Assembly (NCBI GenBank): GCA_963821525.1
Contig: CAWGED010000005.1
Coordinates: forward strand, 1,200,012 to 1,264,011
Reading direction: 5' to 3'
Length of the DNA: 64,000 bases
Source: an uncultured Gemmatimonadales bacterium
Lineage (GTDB): Bacteria > Gemmatimonadota > Gemmatimonadetes > Gemmatimonadales > GWC2-71-9
This document shows, in pieces, positions 37,543 through 47,476 of the stretch. The translations under genes and the position numbers were made by a program. Position 1 is the first letter of the stretch, and each line of letters starts with the position of its first letter. The notes below the pieces were generated by a model. It was not told the DNA's origin. It saw only the letters and a program-made list of their open reading frames with translations, and did no database searches.

Positions 37543-38233
37543 GTCTCCAGCGCTCTTCGCGATCAGCTCCGCCAGCCGCAGATCCTCGGCTGTGGTGACC
37601 TTGAGATTCCGCTCCGAACCCGGCACCAGGCGAACCTCGTGGCCCAGTCGTTCCACCAGCGCCGCGTCATCGCTCGCGCCTTCTCCACCGGCGGCGGCAT
37701 GGGCCTGAACCAGAAGTTGTCGGGGAAAACCCTGCGGAGTCTGTGCCCGCCACAGCCGATCCCGAGGAACGGTGCGCTCCACCGTGTGTGCTCGACGGTC
37801 CCCTGCTCTCCTTCACGGTGTCGCTGAGTGGCAGGGCTGGGACGGCGCCGACCCCGGTTCGGGCGGTCTGGATCACGGCGTCAACGACCGCTCGCTCCAC
37901 GAAGGGCCTTGCCGCGTCGTGGACCAGCACGATCTCGCACGCGGGAGACAGGGCTTCCAGTCCGGCAGCGACCGAAGCGCTTCGCTCGGCACCGCCCGGT
38001 ACGAGAACGAGAGAGCCGCCGGTGAGCGTCTTGAGCCAGGCTGGAGGATTGGCGGCGTCTGCCGCGGGCAGCGCTACCACGACCTGGGCAACTTCGGGAT
38101 GGGAAGTGAAAGGACGGAGGGCGCGCAACAACATCGGGACGCCGGCAATCTCGCGATACTGCTTGGGGACCTTGCCGCCCAGACGTTCGCCGCGTCCTGC
38201 GGCTACGACGACGACGCCAACGTCACGCGGCAA
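37525..38233 (-). CDS. ispD: 2-C-methyl-D-erythritol 4-phosphate cytidylyltransferase (frameshift near 37790)
   Basis: AAGRGER, VLVHDAARP, AQTPQGF and NLKVTT. Confidence 0.93.
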
Positions 38234-39599
38234 GCGCTCGCACCAGTTGTTCGACGTGATCCAGTCCGACGATCGAGAATCCAGGGATCGGGCCGGCGGT
38301 TCGTCCTGAGGTGAACACTCGGCGGAAGCCGAGTCGGGCGGCTTCAGCGAGCCGGCGCTCCAGCCCGCCGATGGGCCGCACCTCGCCGCCCAGGCCGATC
38401 TCTCCCAGGAAGAGCACGTCGGGGGGAGAGGGCCGGTTCAACACGCTCGAGAGCAACGCCGCCGCTATCGCCAGGTCCGCCGAAGGTTCGGAGAGACGGA
38501 CGCCGGCGGTCGCCTGCACGAAGACGTCGAGGTCGGCGAACGAGGTCCCGCCCCTCCGTTCGAGCACGGCGAGCAACACCGCCAGGCGCTTCTGATCCAG
38601 GCCGGTCGCCACGCGTTGGGGAGTCCCGAACCCTGAACGCGCGGCCAGGGCCTGAACTTCCACCAGCACCGGTCGCGTGCCTTCCATGAGTGCGGTGACC
38701 GCGCTGCCACTGGTGCCCGCGGCCCGGGCCTCCAGGAAGAGCGCCGACGGGTTCGGGACCGGAACCAATCCGTGACTGGTCATGCTGAAGACGCCGATCT
38801 CGTCCACCGAGCCGAAGCGGTTCTTGGTCGCTCGCAACAAGCGATAGTCGAGCGATGCCTCACCTTCGAAGTAGAGCACGGTGTCGACGATGTGCTCCAG
38901 CGTTTTGGGTCCGGCGAGTCCCCCACCCTTGGTGACGTGACCGACCACGATGACCGCGGCGCCCGATTCCTTGGCGAAGCGCATCAGGCGCGCGGCACAC
39001 TCTCTGACCTGGCCGACGTTGCCTGGCGCGCTCTCCAGCTGCTCGGTGTAGACGGTCTGGATCGAATCGAGGATCAGGATGTCCGCGCCTACCCGGGTAG
39101 ATGCGTCGATCACTCCTTCGAGGCTGGTCTCGCCCACCACATGAACCGGACCTGCGTCTTCTTCGAGCCGGTCGGCGCGGAGTCGCAACTGCTCCACCGA
39201 CTCTTCGCCACTCGCATACAGCACAGAGCGACCGCCAGCCTCGAGTCTGGCGGCCGCCTGTAATAGGAGGGTGGATTTGCCGATGCCCGGCTCACCACCC
39301 ACCAGCGTCATGGAGCCCGGGACAATGCCGCCGCCCAGGACGAAGTCGAGCTCGGGGAGTTCAGTGGACCAGCGGACCAGCCGCGATTCTTCGATGTCGC
39401 GCAGGCGGGATGGCGGGACGTCGGCACGTCGGGGGGTGCTGCTGTGGCCGCCTTTCCGCCCTCCCGCCCGCCCGCCCGACACGACAATGGGTTCCTCCGC
39501 CACGGAGTTCCACGCCCCACACCCCTCGCACCGCCCCACCCACTTGGGATGCTCGTGGCCGCATTCGGTGCAGCGATAGACCGAGCGGGGCTTAGCCAT
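38223..39599 (-). CDS. radA: DNA repair protein RadA/Sms
   Basis: CTECG..WVGRCEGC, GEPGIGKST, KNRFG and a Lon-like C-terminus. Confidence 0.97.
   Translation of the reverse strand: MAKPRSVYRCTECGHEHPKWVGRCEGCGAWNSVAEEPIVVSGGRAGGRKGGHSSTPRRADVPPSRLRDIEESRLVRWSTELPELDFVLGGGIVPGSMTLVGGEPGIGKSTLLLQAAARLEAGGRSVLYASGEESVEQLRLRADRLEEDAGPVHVVGETSLEGVIDASTRVGADILILDSIQTVYTEQLESAPGNVGQVRECAARLMRFAKESGAAVIVVGHVTKGGGLAGPKTLEHIVDTVLYFEGEASLDYRLLRATKNRFGSVDEIGVFSMTSHGLVPVPNPSALFLEARAAGTSGSAVTALMEGTRPVLVEVQALAARSGFGTPQRVATGLDQKRLAVLLAVLERRGGTSFADLDVFVQATAGVRLSEPSADLAIAAALLSSVLNRPSPPDVLFLGEIGLGGEVRPIGGLERRLAEAARLGFRRVFTSGRTAGPIPGFSIVGLDHVEQLVRALAA
39404..39479. repeat. inverted octamer tandem-repeat element inside radA
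   Basis: ggcgggat ggcgggac gtcggcac gtcgg ... ccgccttt ccgccctc ccgcccgc ccgcccga. Confidence 0.65.
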
Positions 39600-39613
39600 G
39601 CCGGCCGCCACGG

Positions 39614-41020
39614 TCAGGCATGGGCTGCCTCATCCCGTTCGGTCTGGCTGGCAAACCGGGTGAACTGCTTATAGAAGTGGAGATCAATGACGCCGGTCGG
39701 GCCGTTGCGGTGCTTGGCGACGATCAATTCTGCCTTGCCTTCGAGGCTGTTGCCGTCCTTGTCCACCGGACCCTCGTACATCTCGGACCGATGGATGAAG
39801 AGCACCAAGTCGGCATCCTGCTCAATGGCGCCCGAGTCCCGCAAATCGGAGAGAATCGGTTTCCGCTCGCCACCTCGCTGTTCCGACGCGCGGGAGAGCT
39901 GGGATAGGGCGATCACCGGAACTTCCAGCTCCTTCGCGAGGGCCTTGAGCGAGCGGGAGATGTCAGAGATCTCCTGCACCCGGTTCTCGGAGTACTGGGG
40001 GCTCCGCATCAGCTGCAGATAGTCCACCACGATTAATCCAATGTCATTCTCGATGCGAAGCCGGCGAGCCTTGGCCCGCATCTCGAGCAGGGTCAGGGCG
40101 GGAGTATCGTCGATCCAGATTGGGCAGCTCGACAGCACCCCAGCCGCTCGGGCCAGCATGGTGAAGTCCGAGTCACTCAGCGTTCCCCGCCGCACCCGCT
40201 GACTATCCACCCGGGCCTCGGCACAGAGCAGGCGCTGCACCAGCGATTCCTTGCTCATTTCGAGGGAGAACACTGCCACACCGCTGTGCGTCTCCGCGGC
40301 GTGGGCGGCGACGTTGAGGCAGAACGCGGTCTTCCCCATCGAGGGACGGGCGGCGACGATCACCAAGTCCGAGCGCTGGAACCCGGAAGTCATGTCGTCC
40401 AAGTCTACGAATCCGCTGGGCACGCCGGTAATCGTTTTGCCTTCTTGATGGAGCTTTTCGATGCGCTCCATCGTCGGCCACAGCATCTCCTTGAGCCGGG
40501 CGAACCCCTCGGCTTTCCGCTGCTGCGCAATCTGAAAGATCCGCGACTCGGCGGCGTCGAGCAGCTCGCCGGCCGGCTGGCGGGCGTCGTAGGCCTGGGA
40601 AACGATCTGGGTCCCGGCCTCGATCAGGTGCCGGAGAATGGCCTTCTCCCGAACAATCGCGGCGTGGGCTTCGAGGTTCGCCGTGGTAGGAACCGCGTCT
40701 ACCAGCTCCGCGATGTACAGCTCGCCACCCGCGGCGTCCAATTCGCCGCGACGCATCAGGTCGTCGCGTAGCGTTACGTGGTCGATGACCACCCGCTGTT
40801 CGACCAGACGTCGCATCGCCCGAAACAACCGGCGGTGCGCTTCACGGTAGAACAGGCTGTCCTCCAGCAGCTCGGAGCCGCGGAGTGCCGCGTCCTGGTC
40901 CAACAGCATCGCACCGAGTACCGCCTGCTCGGCTTCGTTGCTCCAGGGTATGCCGCGGAGCACATCACCGATGGGCGTGGCCTCCGGTACGGAGGGCTGA
41001 TCGAACGAGACTGAGGTCAT
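39614..41020 (-). CDS. dnaB: replicative DNA helicase
   Basis: AARPSMGKT, VDYLQLM and SDLRDSGAIEQDAD; no intein. Confidence 0.98.
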   Translation of the reverse strand: MTSVSFDQPSVPEATPIGDVLRGIPWSNEAEQAVLGAMLLDQDAALRGSELLEDSLFYREAHRRLFRAMRRLVEQRVVIDHVTLRDDLMRRGELDAAGGELYIAELVDAVPTTANLEAHAAIVREKAILRHLIEAGTQIVSQAYDARQPAGELLDAAESRIFQIAQQRKAEGFARLKEMLWPTMERIEKLHQEGKTITGVPSGFVDLDDMTSGFQRSDLVIVAARPSMGKTAFCLNVAAHAAETHSGVAVFSLEMSKESLVQRLLCAEARVDSQRVRRGTLSDSDFTMLARAAGVLSSCPIWIDDTPALTLLEMRAKARRLRIENDIGLIVVDYLQLMRSPQYSENRVQEISDISRSLKALAKELEVPVIALSQLSRASEQRGGERKPILSDLRDSGAIEQDADLVLFIHRSEMYEGPVDKDGNSLEGKAELIVAKHRNGPTGVIDLHFYKQFTRFASQTERDEAAHA

Positions 41021-41198
41021 GTTTGACGGCGAGTGTGCAGCGGGGAGAGGAATCAGCTTCTACTCAACCCAATCCTACAAATTCACCGACCTTCTCGCAA
41101 CAGAAAAACGCGTACCGACATTATCCACGCCGTCCCCAATCATCAACAAAGTTTCTACATGGACTGTGGAAGGTAATTCGTGCTGATTGGATAGCCGA

Positions 41199-42049
41199 CT
41201 ATTGATCAAGCAATTGACGCGCGATCCGAACATCATCCCACGTCGGCTTCTTCCAATTCGGATTGCGGAGCAGAGCGGCGGGGTGATACGTGACAATGAG
41301 AGGGGTACCGGCGTAGCGATGCACCTGATTGCGCAAATCGCCGAGGCCGCGCTTGGTGTTGAGCATTGCCTCTGCGGCGGTTCCGCCAAGCGCCAGGATC
41401 ACCTTGGGGCGTATCAGCGCAATCTGGCGATGAAGGTACGGCATGCAGGCGGCCGCCTCATCGGGCAACGGCTTGCGGTTCTGCGGGGGACGGCACTTCA
41501 CGATGTTGGCGATGTAGACCTGCTCCCGCGGCAGGCCAATCGACGCCAGAATCCCGTTCAACAACTCCCCAGCCTGACCGACGAACGGCCGGCCAGTGGC
41601 GTCCTCGGTGGCACCCGGTCCCTCTCCAATACACATGAGCTGAGCGTTGGGATTCCCTTCCCCGGGCACCGTATGCGTTCGTGCGGAGCAGAGCGGGCAC
41701 TTCCGGCATCCCTTCACCATCGCGGCAACCGCGTCCAGCGATTCGAGCCTGGAGATCTCGTCGCTCATCAGGTCCATCGCGGGCGGTTCGATGATGATGC
41801 CCGGACCCGGAATGGGAGGGAGGTCCTTCTTCCACCTTGGGGATGAGGTACTGCGCGGATGAGTCCTCGGGAAGTACCGAGTACCGAGTACCGGGTACCG
41901 AGGGTTTGGCAGGTACGGGCTCAGCCACGACGCCGTCGGCAGGGATCGCGTCCTCAGGTACTCGGTACTCGGTACTCGGAACTCAAGTACACTTCCGATC
42001 CGCCCAACTCAGCCTGCTGCCGGAGATACTGTTCTCGCTTACTTGCCAA
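41199..42049 (-). CDS. family-4 uracil-DNA glycosylase with N-terminal extension (two apparent 1-nt insertions)
   Basis: CRKCPLC, GEGPG, KCRPP and TYHPAALLR. TTG start at 42049 ([17 protein letters not shown]) with GGAGG RBS. Confidence 0.9.
41873..41990. repeat. inverted heptamer tandem-repeat element (AGTACCG/CGGTACT) inside UDG
   Basis: agtaccg x3, ggtaccg ... aggtact cggtact cggtact cggaact. Confidence 0.9.
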
Positions 42050-43237
42050 GGCGTGCCTCCACCGCGTCGAGGATGGCCTCCGCGACTTCGCGTTTGCCTG
42101 CGAGGGGAATGGCCTTGCGTCCACCATCCTTGTCCAGGATCGTGACCCGGTTGGTATCCCCTTCGAACCCCGCTCCCGGCTCGAGGGCGTCGTTGACGAC
42201 GATGAGGTCGAGATTCTTCCGGCGCAGCTTCTCCGCCCCCTTAGCGTCGGCATCGCCGGTCTCGAGCGCGAATCCAACGATCACCGATTGCGGGCGCCGG
42301 AGAGAAACGGTCCCGCTCAGGATATCCTCGGTCGGCTCCAGCTCGACGGCGAGTTTCCCAGTCGCGCGCGGCCGCTTGTGGTCTCCGGGATCCTTCGGAC
42401 GATAGTCGGCCGGCGCCGCGGCCATGATCAGCACATCGGCAGTCGGCAGCTCTTCCCGCACCACGGCGTCGAGCTGCGCGGTCGTGTCCACCAGGCGCAT
42501 CAAGACACCGGTCGGGGGCGGGAGCGTGGTGGGTCCGCTCACCAGAACGACGTGTCGCTCCCCTCTCCCAGGCCGCTTCGGCAATCCGGTATCCCATCTT
42601 CCCGCTCGACCGATTGCTCACGACCCGGACTGGATCGATCGGCTCACGGGTCGGCCCGGCTGTCACCACGATCCGCTTGTTGGCCAGAGGGCTTCCGCTC
42701 CCGAGCAGGCGCGCTGCGTGGGCGATGATCGTCTCCGGCTCACTCATCCGGCCGGGCTTGTCGGAGGGGCCTTCAGCCAGGGCTCCGACCTCCGGGCCCA
42801 CGGTCGAGAATCCGCGCGACCGTAAGCGTCCCGAGATTGGCCTGAGTCGCCGGATTGGCGAACATCTCGTCATTCATTGCCGGCGCCAGCAGCACGGGTG
42901 CGGTTCGGGCCAGCAGCAACGCGGTGAGCAGGTCGTCGGCCACGCCCTGAGCGGTTTTCGCGATGAGATTGGCCGTGGCGGGTGCCACGATGATGAGATC
43001 AGGGGACTGAGCGAGCCTGATGTGTTGCAGAGCGGTGCCTGGCTCCCAGAGCGACGTGATCACCGGCCGACCCGAGAGGGCCTCAAACGTGAGAGGCCGC
43101 ACGAATTCTGCGGCCCCTTCGGTCAGGATCACATCAACCTTGGCACCGGCTTCGACCAATCGCCGGACCAGGATGCAGCTCTTATAGGCGGCAATGCCGC
43201 CCGACACGCCGAGGGTGACGTGGCGGCCGGCCCACAC
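42039..43237 (-). CDS. coaBC: bifunctional phosphopantothenoylcysteine decarboxylase/ligase (frameshifted)
   Basis: [34 protein letters not shown] and GFALET. Confidence 0.95.
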
Positions 43238-43239
43238 GG

Positions 43240-43452
43240 TCAGGCCTCGGAGCGGCGCCGGCGAGAGATCTTGTAGTTCAGCTCGCCCGAAACCAGCGAA
43301 TCGAGCGACATGGTGGTCAGCTTCTGCTCCCGATCCTGAATTCGCTCCTTCGGCAGCTCATTGAGATGCCGGGCGAACTTTGCAGCCACCAGCACGCCGA
43401 GATACTTGTTCCCCGCCCGGTTGGCGGCTTCGATCGGTGTGTAAATGCGCAT
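43240..43452 (-). CDS. rpoZ: RNA polymerase omega subunit
   Basis: 70 aa, NKYLGVLVAAKFAR; canonical position between gmk and coaBC. Confidence 0.85.
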   Translation of the reverse strand: MRIYTPIEAANRAGNKYLGVLVAAKFARHLNELPKERIQDREQKLTTMSLDSLVSGELNYKISRRRRSEA

Positions 43453-43484
43453 GGATACTCCTTGTGTGGTTGACCCACGAGTCG

Positions 43485-43549
43485 CAGCTCTCAGCTGTTA
43501 GCTCTTAGCTATTGCAGCTAACAGCTACCAGCTAACAGCTAACGGCTAT
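43485..43549. repeat. inverted heptamer tandem-repeat element (TAGCTGT/CAGCTAA-type)
   Basis: cagctct cagctgt tagctct tagctat ... cagctaa cagctac cagctaa cagctaa cggctat; overlaps the gmk stop. Confidence 0.9.
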
Positions 43550-44213
43550 CCTTCACTTCAACCTTCTTCTGCTCCGTACTGATCCGCATCGCCTCCGCGG
43601 AGATGGTCCGGCGCAGATTGTCTACTACTTCCGGCAGATTGTCTTGCCGCGGAACCCTGAGAGCCTCACCATCGATGATGGCGCTCACCTGAGCCACCGC
43701 GCGGTCCAGGTCTTCATTGACCACGGCGTAGTCGTACTCGCCGACGGCCTTGAGTTCATCCAGCGCGTGAGCCAGGCGGCGCTTCAGCGCCGTGAACGAC
43801 TCGGTCTTTCGGTCCCGCAGCCGGGCCACCAGAGCCTCACCCGAAGGCGGCAGCACGAAGACATGGATCGCGCTGGGGAACCGATCCCGGACCTGCCGGG
43901 CCCCCTGGATCTCGATGTCCATCACCACGTGGCGACCGGTCGCGAAACTGCGGTCGATCTCGCTCCGCAGGGTGCCGTAGCGTTCGCCGTTGTAGGTCGC
44001 CGACTCGATGAAGGCGCCTCCAGCCTCGAGTCGCTCGAACTCTTCCCGGGAGAGGAAGTGATAGTCCCGGTCGGGTTCCTCTCCGGGGCGTTGCTTCCTC
44101 GTCGTGGCCGACACCGAATAGGCCACATCATTCCGCACCGTCAACAGGCGCCGGGCGATGGTCGTCTTCCCGCCGCCCGAGGGCGAAGAAAGCACCAGCA
44201 GGAAGGGCTTCAC
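43539..44213 (-). CDS. gmk: guanylate kinase
   Basis: SSPSGGGKTT, SATTR and YGT. Confidence 0.96.
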   Translation of the reverse strand: MKPFLLVLSSPSGGGKTTIARRLLTVRNDVAYSVSATTRKQRPGEEPDRDYHFLSREEFERLEAGGAFIESATYNGERYGTLRSEIDRSFATGRHVVMDIEIQGARQVRDRFPSAIHVFVLPPSGEALVARLRDRKTESFTALKRRLAHALDELKAVGEYDYAVVNEDLDRAVAQVSAIIDGEALRVPRQDNLPEVVDNLRRTISAEAMRISTEQKKVEVKDSR

Positions 44214-45085
44214 TCCAGATTCTCGAGCTGTTCCCGGAACTTCTCCAGCTCGCCCTTCATCGCGATGACCTGCTGAATGATCTCCGCGTCGTTCCCCTTG
44301 GCGCCCATGGTGTTGACCTCGCGGCCGAGCTCCTGGGCCAGAAACCCGAGTTGCTTCCCTACCGGTGCGTCACCGGCCAGCGCATCGCGCGCGGCCTTGA
44401 GGTGGGCGCCGAACCGGACCAGTTCCTCGGTGATGTCGAGCTTGTCGGCGAGAAACGCCAGCTCCTGCGCCAACCGCTGCTCGTCGACACTCCTTCCGTC
44501 CAGTAACTGAGCCACGTTCTGCCGTAACCGGTCTCGCTCTCGCGGCAATCGCTCCGGCGCGCGTTCGGCGATCACCTGGCTCGACCGCTCGAGCAGGGAG
44601 AGACGATGTCGCAGCTCGTCGGCGAGCACGGCTCCTTCCCTGCGCCGCATCGCCTTGCACTCCGCGATCGCCTGGGCAACAACCGGCTCCAACTCGCTCC
44701 ACGCTACCGCGGTTTCATCACTCGGCGGTGCCGTGACCACGTCGGGCTGGCGAACGATCATCGCCAGGTCCACCTCACCCGGAATTCCCAGCGCCTGCTG
44801 CAGGGCCCGGAACTGGGCGGCGACGGCGCGGGCCCGTTCCAGATTCACCGTGAGACTCGTGTCCCGCTCCGGAGCCTCGGTCCACCGCGCCGAGACCGAG
44901 ACGTGCCCGCGGTCGAAGTCCTTGCGCAGCCGCTCCCGTAGTTCGGCCTCGAGCGGGATGAGATCTCCCGACAGCTTGAGCGAGGGATTGAAGTGGCGAT
45001 GGTTGACCGTGCGGATCTCGACTCGGACCCGTCCTCCGGCCACCGCCCCCTCCGCCGCTCCAAAGCCGGTCATACTGTAGGGCAC
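44210..45085 (-). CDS. yicC: YicC/YloC family endoribonuclease
   Basis: SMTGFG, DITEELVR, REVNTMGAK and REQLENLE. Confidence 0.93.
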   Translation of the reverse strand: MPYSMTGFGAAEGAVAGGRVRVEIRTVNHRHFNPSLKLSGDLIPLEAELRERLRKDFDRGHVSVSARWTEAPERDTSLTVNLERARAVAAQFRALQQALGIPGEVDLAMIVRQPDVVTAPPSDETAVAWSELEPVVAQAIAECKAMRRREGAVLADELRHRLSLLERSSQVIAERAPERLPRERDRLRQNVAQLLDGRSVDEQRLAQELAFLADKLDITEELVRFGAHLKAARDALAGDAPVGKQLGFLAQELGREVNTMGAKGNDAEIIQQVIAMKGELEKFREQLENLE

Positions 45086-45203
45086 GGCCGACTCAGACCC
45101 CCGGTTTCGGGAAAGAGCCGAAATGTAGTCGGGAAAGGGGTTTAGGGGTAGTGACCGGCCCCCACTGGTCGTCCGATAGCCCAGTGGGGCCGGTTCGCTC
45201 CAT

Positions 45204-45370
45204 AGCCGCAGATAAACGCAGATGAACGCAGAAACGGGGCTGTTGGGTGAACTTGGGCACACCCACGTTGGAATGGGATCCTTCAAGGTTCACCGTTAAG
45301 AGTACGTTAAGCAAACCTGCCCTAATCTCTGTGCTGTTTTATCTGCGTTTATCTGCGTTCATCTGCGGCT
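45204..45370. repeat. inverted decamer tandem-repeat element (AAACGCAGAT/ATCTGCGTTT)
   Basis: agccgcagat aaacgcagat gaacgcagaa ... tttatctgcg tttatctgcg ttcatctgcg gct, with a spacer of about 105 bp. Confidence 0.9.
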
Positions 45371-45391
45371 TCTCGCCAGTTAGCCGAAACC

Positions 45392-45559
45392 CTACTCCCC
45401 TTCCCCCGACCCAAACAAGTTGAACGCTGGCGGCGCCATCCCGTTGAGCCGGAAATAGCTCACCAGCTCGCCCCGGGTCCAGACACTGTGCTCGTGGGCG
45501 AGCTCCAGGATCCGCCAACGCGTCATGGTGTATTTCGCGAAGGTTGTCGTTCCGGCCGA
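45392..45559 (-). pseudogene. C-terminal fragment of a DinB-like protein
   Basis: Hand translation ...TRWRILELAHEHSVWTRGELVSYFRLNGMAPP resembles the DinB C-terminus (H..HHRGQL..YLR..G..PP); no N-terminal half. Confidence 0.5.
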
Positions 45560-47398
45560 TCAGTTACTGAATTCCCACCTCACGCCGAAAGTGCTTCCGA
45601 ACTTGGGAATCAGGAAGCCGGGAACATAGGTCTGCTGGTTGGCCCGAAGGTTCACCCGGTCCCAGTAAATGGTAAAGCGGTCGAGCTGGACCTCGATCAG
45701 GCTGCGGAAGAACGTTGCACCTCTAAGCGGAATCGGCTGGCCCGAAGCATCGCGACCGATGACACCGTCACCCCAGGCTTCCATGGTTCCCTGCAGCTTG
45801 AAATCAAAAATGCCGCTGGGAAACGACCGCCAGAACTTGGAACGGATCGTGGCCGAACTGAGCGAGTGTGTCGGAGGCAGAGCCTTCTGGTGCTCTGCCG
45901 CGAGGGTTGCTGTACCAGCCGTCGAGGGTGAACCACTGTAACGGCGTGAGCCGCCAATTCACCGTTACCCATTCGGTCTCTCCCGAGGGTGCGATCGAGT
46001 CCACGGTGGGAAGGAAGGGCTGGTAGGCAAAGGGACGAAACGCCGCGGTCCTGCCCGTAACCCAGCTCGAGGCCGATCCACTTCTGCTCCCAGCCGACCA
46101 GCCCCTGCCAATCGGTGAAGTCCTGGGCCTGGTCCTTGAGGATCGTCGGAGCGGCTACGATGCTCCCGGTCCGAACCACCCCCGTCAGGTCAACGCCGTA
46201 AGGGAGATGAATCCCCGCTCGGCCCCCGACCCATTGGCTGTGCCGGTCGAGGTCGTGCTTCTGATACCCAGCCTCCCCGGATGCGGTAAACCATTTGTTG
46301 GGCGCCCATCCCGCGTTGGCACTCAGATCCCACGGAGTCCAGCGAGAGCGATTGAACGCCCTCGCTCCCAGCTGGAGAGTCGGCGTGCGCCACTCGGCGA
46401 CCACCCCGCCCTGCCGCATCGTTTCATTGACGCCGGAACCGTCCCAGGTCGTCGCCCCCAGCAACAGGTCCACCCGAGGGCCGAGTTCGTCGGTACGCTT
46501 ACGCCAGTAGAGCCGAAGCTGCGCGTCACGCCTGGTTCCGTTGAGCTTTTGATCCAACGTGTCGTTGTTGTTGTCTACATACGCCTTCCGGTCCGGCGTG
46601 TTCTGGAGCAGCTGAGCCTGAATCCCGAACTTGGTATTGGGCACATAGCCCGCCTGCAGCCAGAGCGAATTCATGTCGAAGTCGCTGGACGATCCCGAAG
46701 CCGTCGGCGACGAGAACCGTTCGGCGTCTATCCCGAAGCCGAGGCCGTTTTTGTAGCGCCGCTCCAGGGCGCCGATGTAGCGGGCGATGTCGTCGTCGCC
46801 CGCCGAAATCCCGATGCGTGACACGGTCGAGTTGCGATCTAACGCGGCGAGTATAGAGCCGAACCCGCAATCCCTCGGGCCATCGCTCGATCTCGACGCG
46901 GCTCAACATGCTCAAGGCAAAGATGGTCGGGTCCACTCCGATGCTGTCGGGCCCCATCGGCACAAACGGAAGTCCATCCAGCAGGTATTCGACGGAGGTG
47001 GGACCTCGAGCGCGGAAGTTGGGGGGCTGGTAGCGGCCGAACCAACCGCCACGCCAGAGGTAGACGCCGGGGACCTTTTGCAGCAGGTCGGACAGCGTCT
47101 CCGCATTGGTCCACTCGATCGAGTCCCGGGTGATGACGATCCTGCTGTACGCCGGAAGCGGTCCGTCGTTTCCGATCGTGGGAAGTACCGGGAGGCGAAC
47201 CTGGTTGGCGGTCTGGGCCTTGAGGAAAAGCTCCGTCTGGTCGACCGAATCCCGGGGGGGCTGCGTCGTATCGGCGGGGACTGAATCGTAGGGGATCTGT
47301 GCTGACGCCGAAGGAGCGAGGATCAGGCCAATGAAGAAGCGTGAGCAGTGAGCAGTAAGCAGTGAGCGGGCCACTGCGCAACGGCTCAAGCCGATCAA
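45560..47398 (-). CDS. plug-domain (TonB-dependent receptor-like) outer-membrane protein (frameshifted)
   Basis: Signal peptide; ITRDSIE..TLSDLLQKVPGV..LDGLP plug motif; beta-barrel strands; C-terminal FGVRWEFSN. Confidence 0.75.
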
Positions 47399-47464
47399 GT
47401 CGCAGAGGCAAAGACCGGGTCTCGGGGCAAGACCCGCTCACCGCTCACCGCTCACAGCTCACCA
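47341..47464. repeat. inverted heptamer tandem-repeat element (GTGAGCA/CCGCTCA)
   Basis: gtgagca gtgagca gtaagca gtgagcg ... ccgctca x3, cagctca. Confidence 0.9.
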
Positions 47465-47476
47465 CAACCAAACCGC

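Noticed and set aside
39614..41020. Intein in DnaB
   Set aside because: Normal 468-aa length with contiguous motifs.
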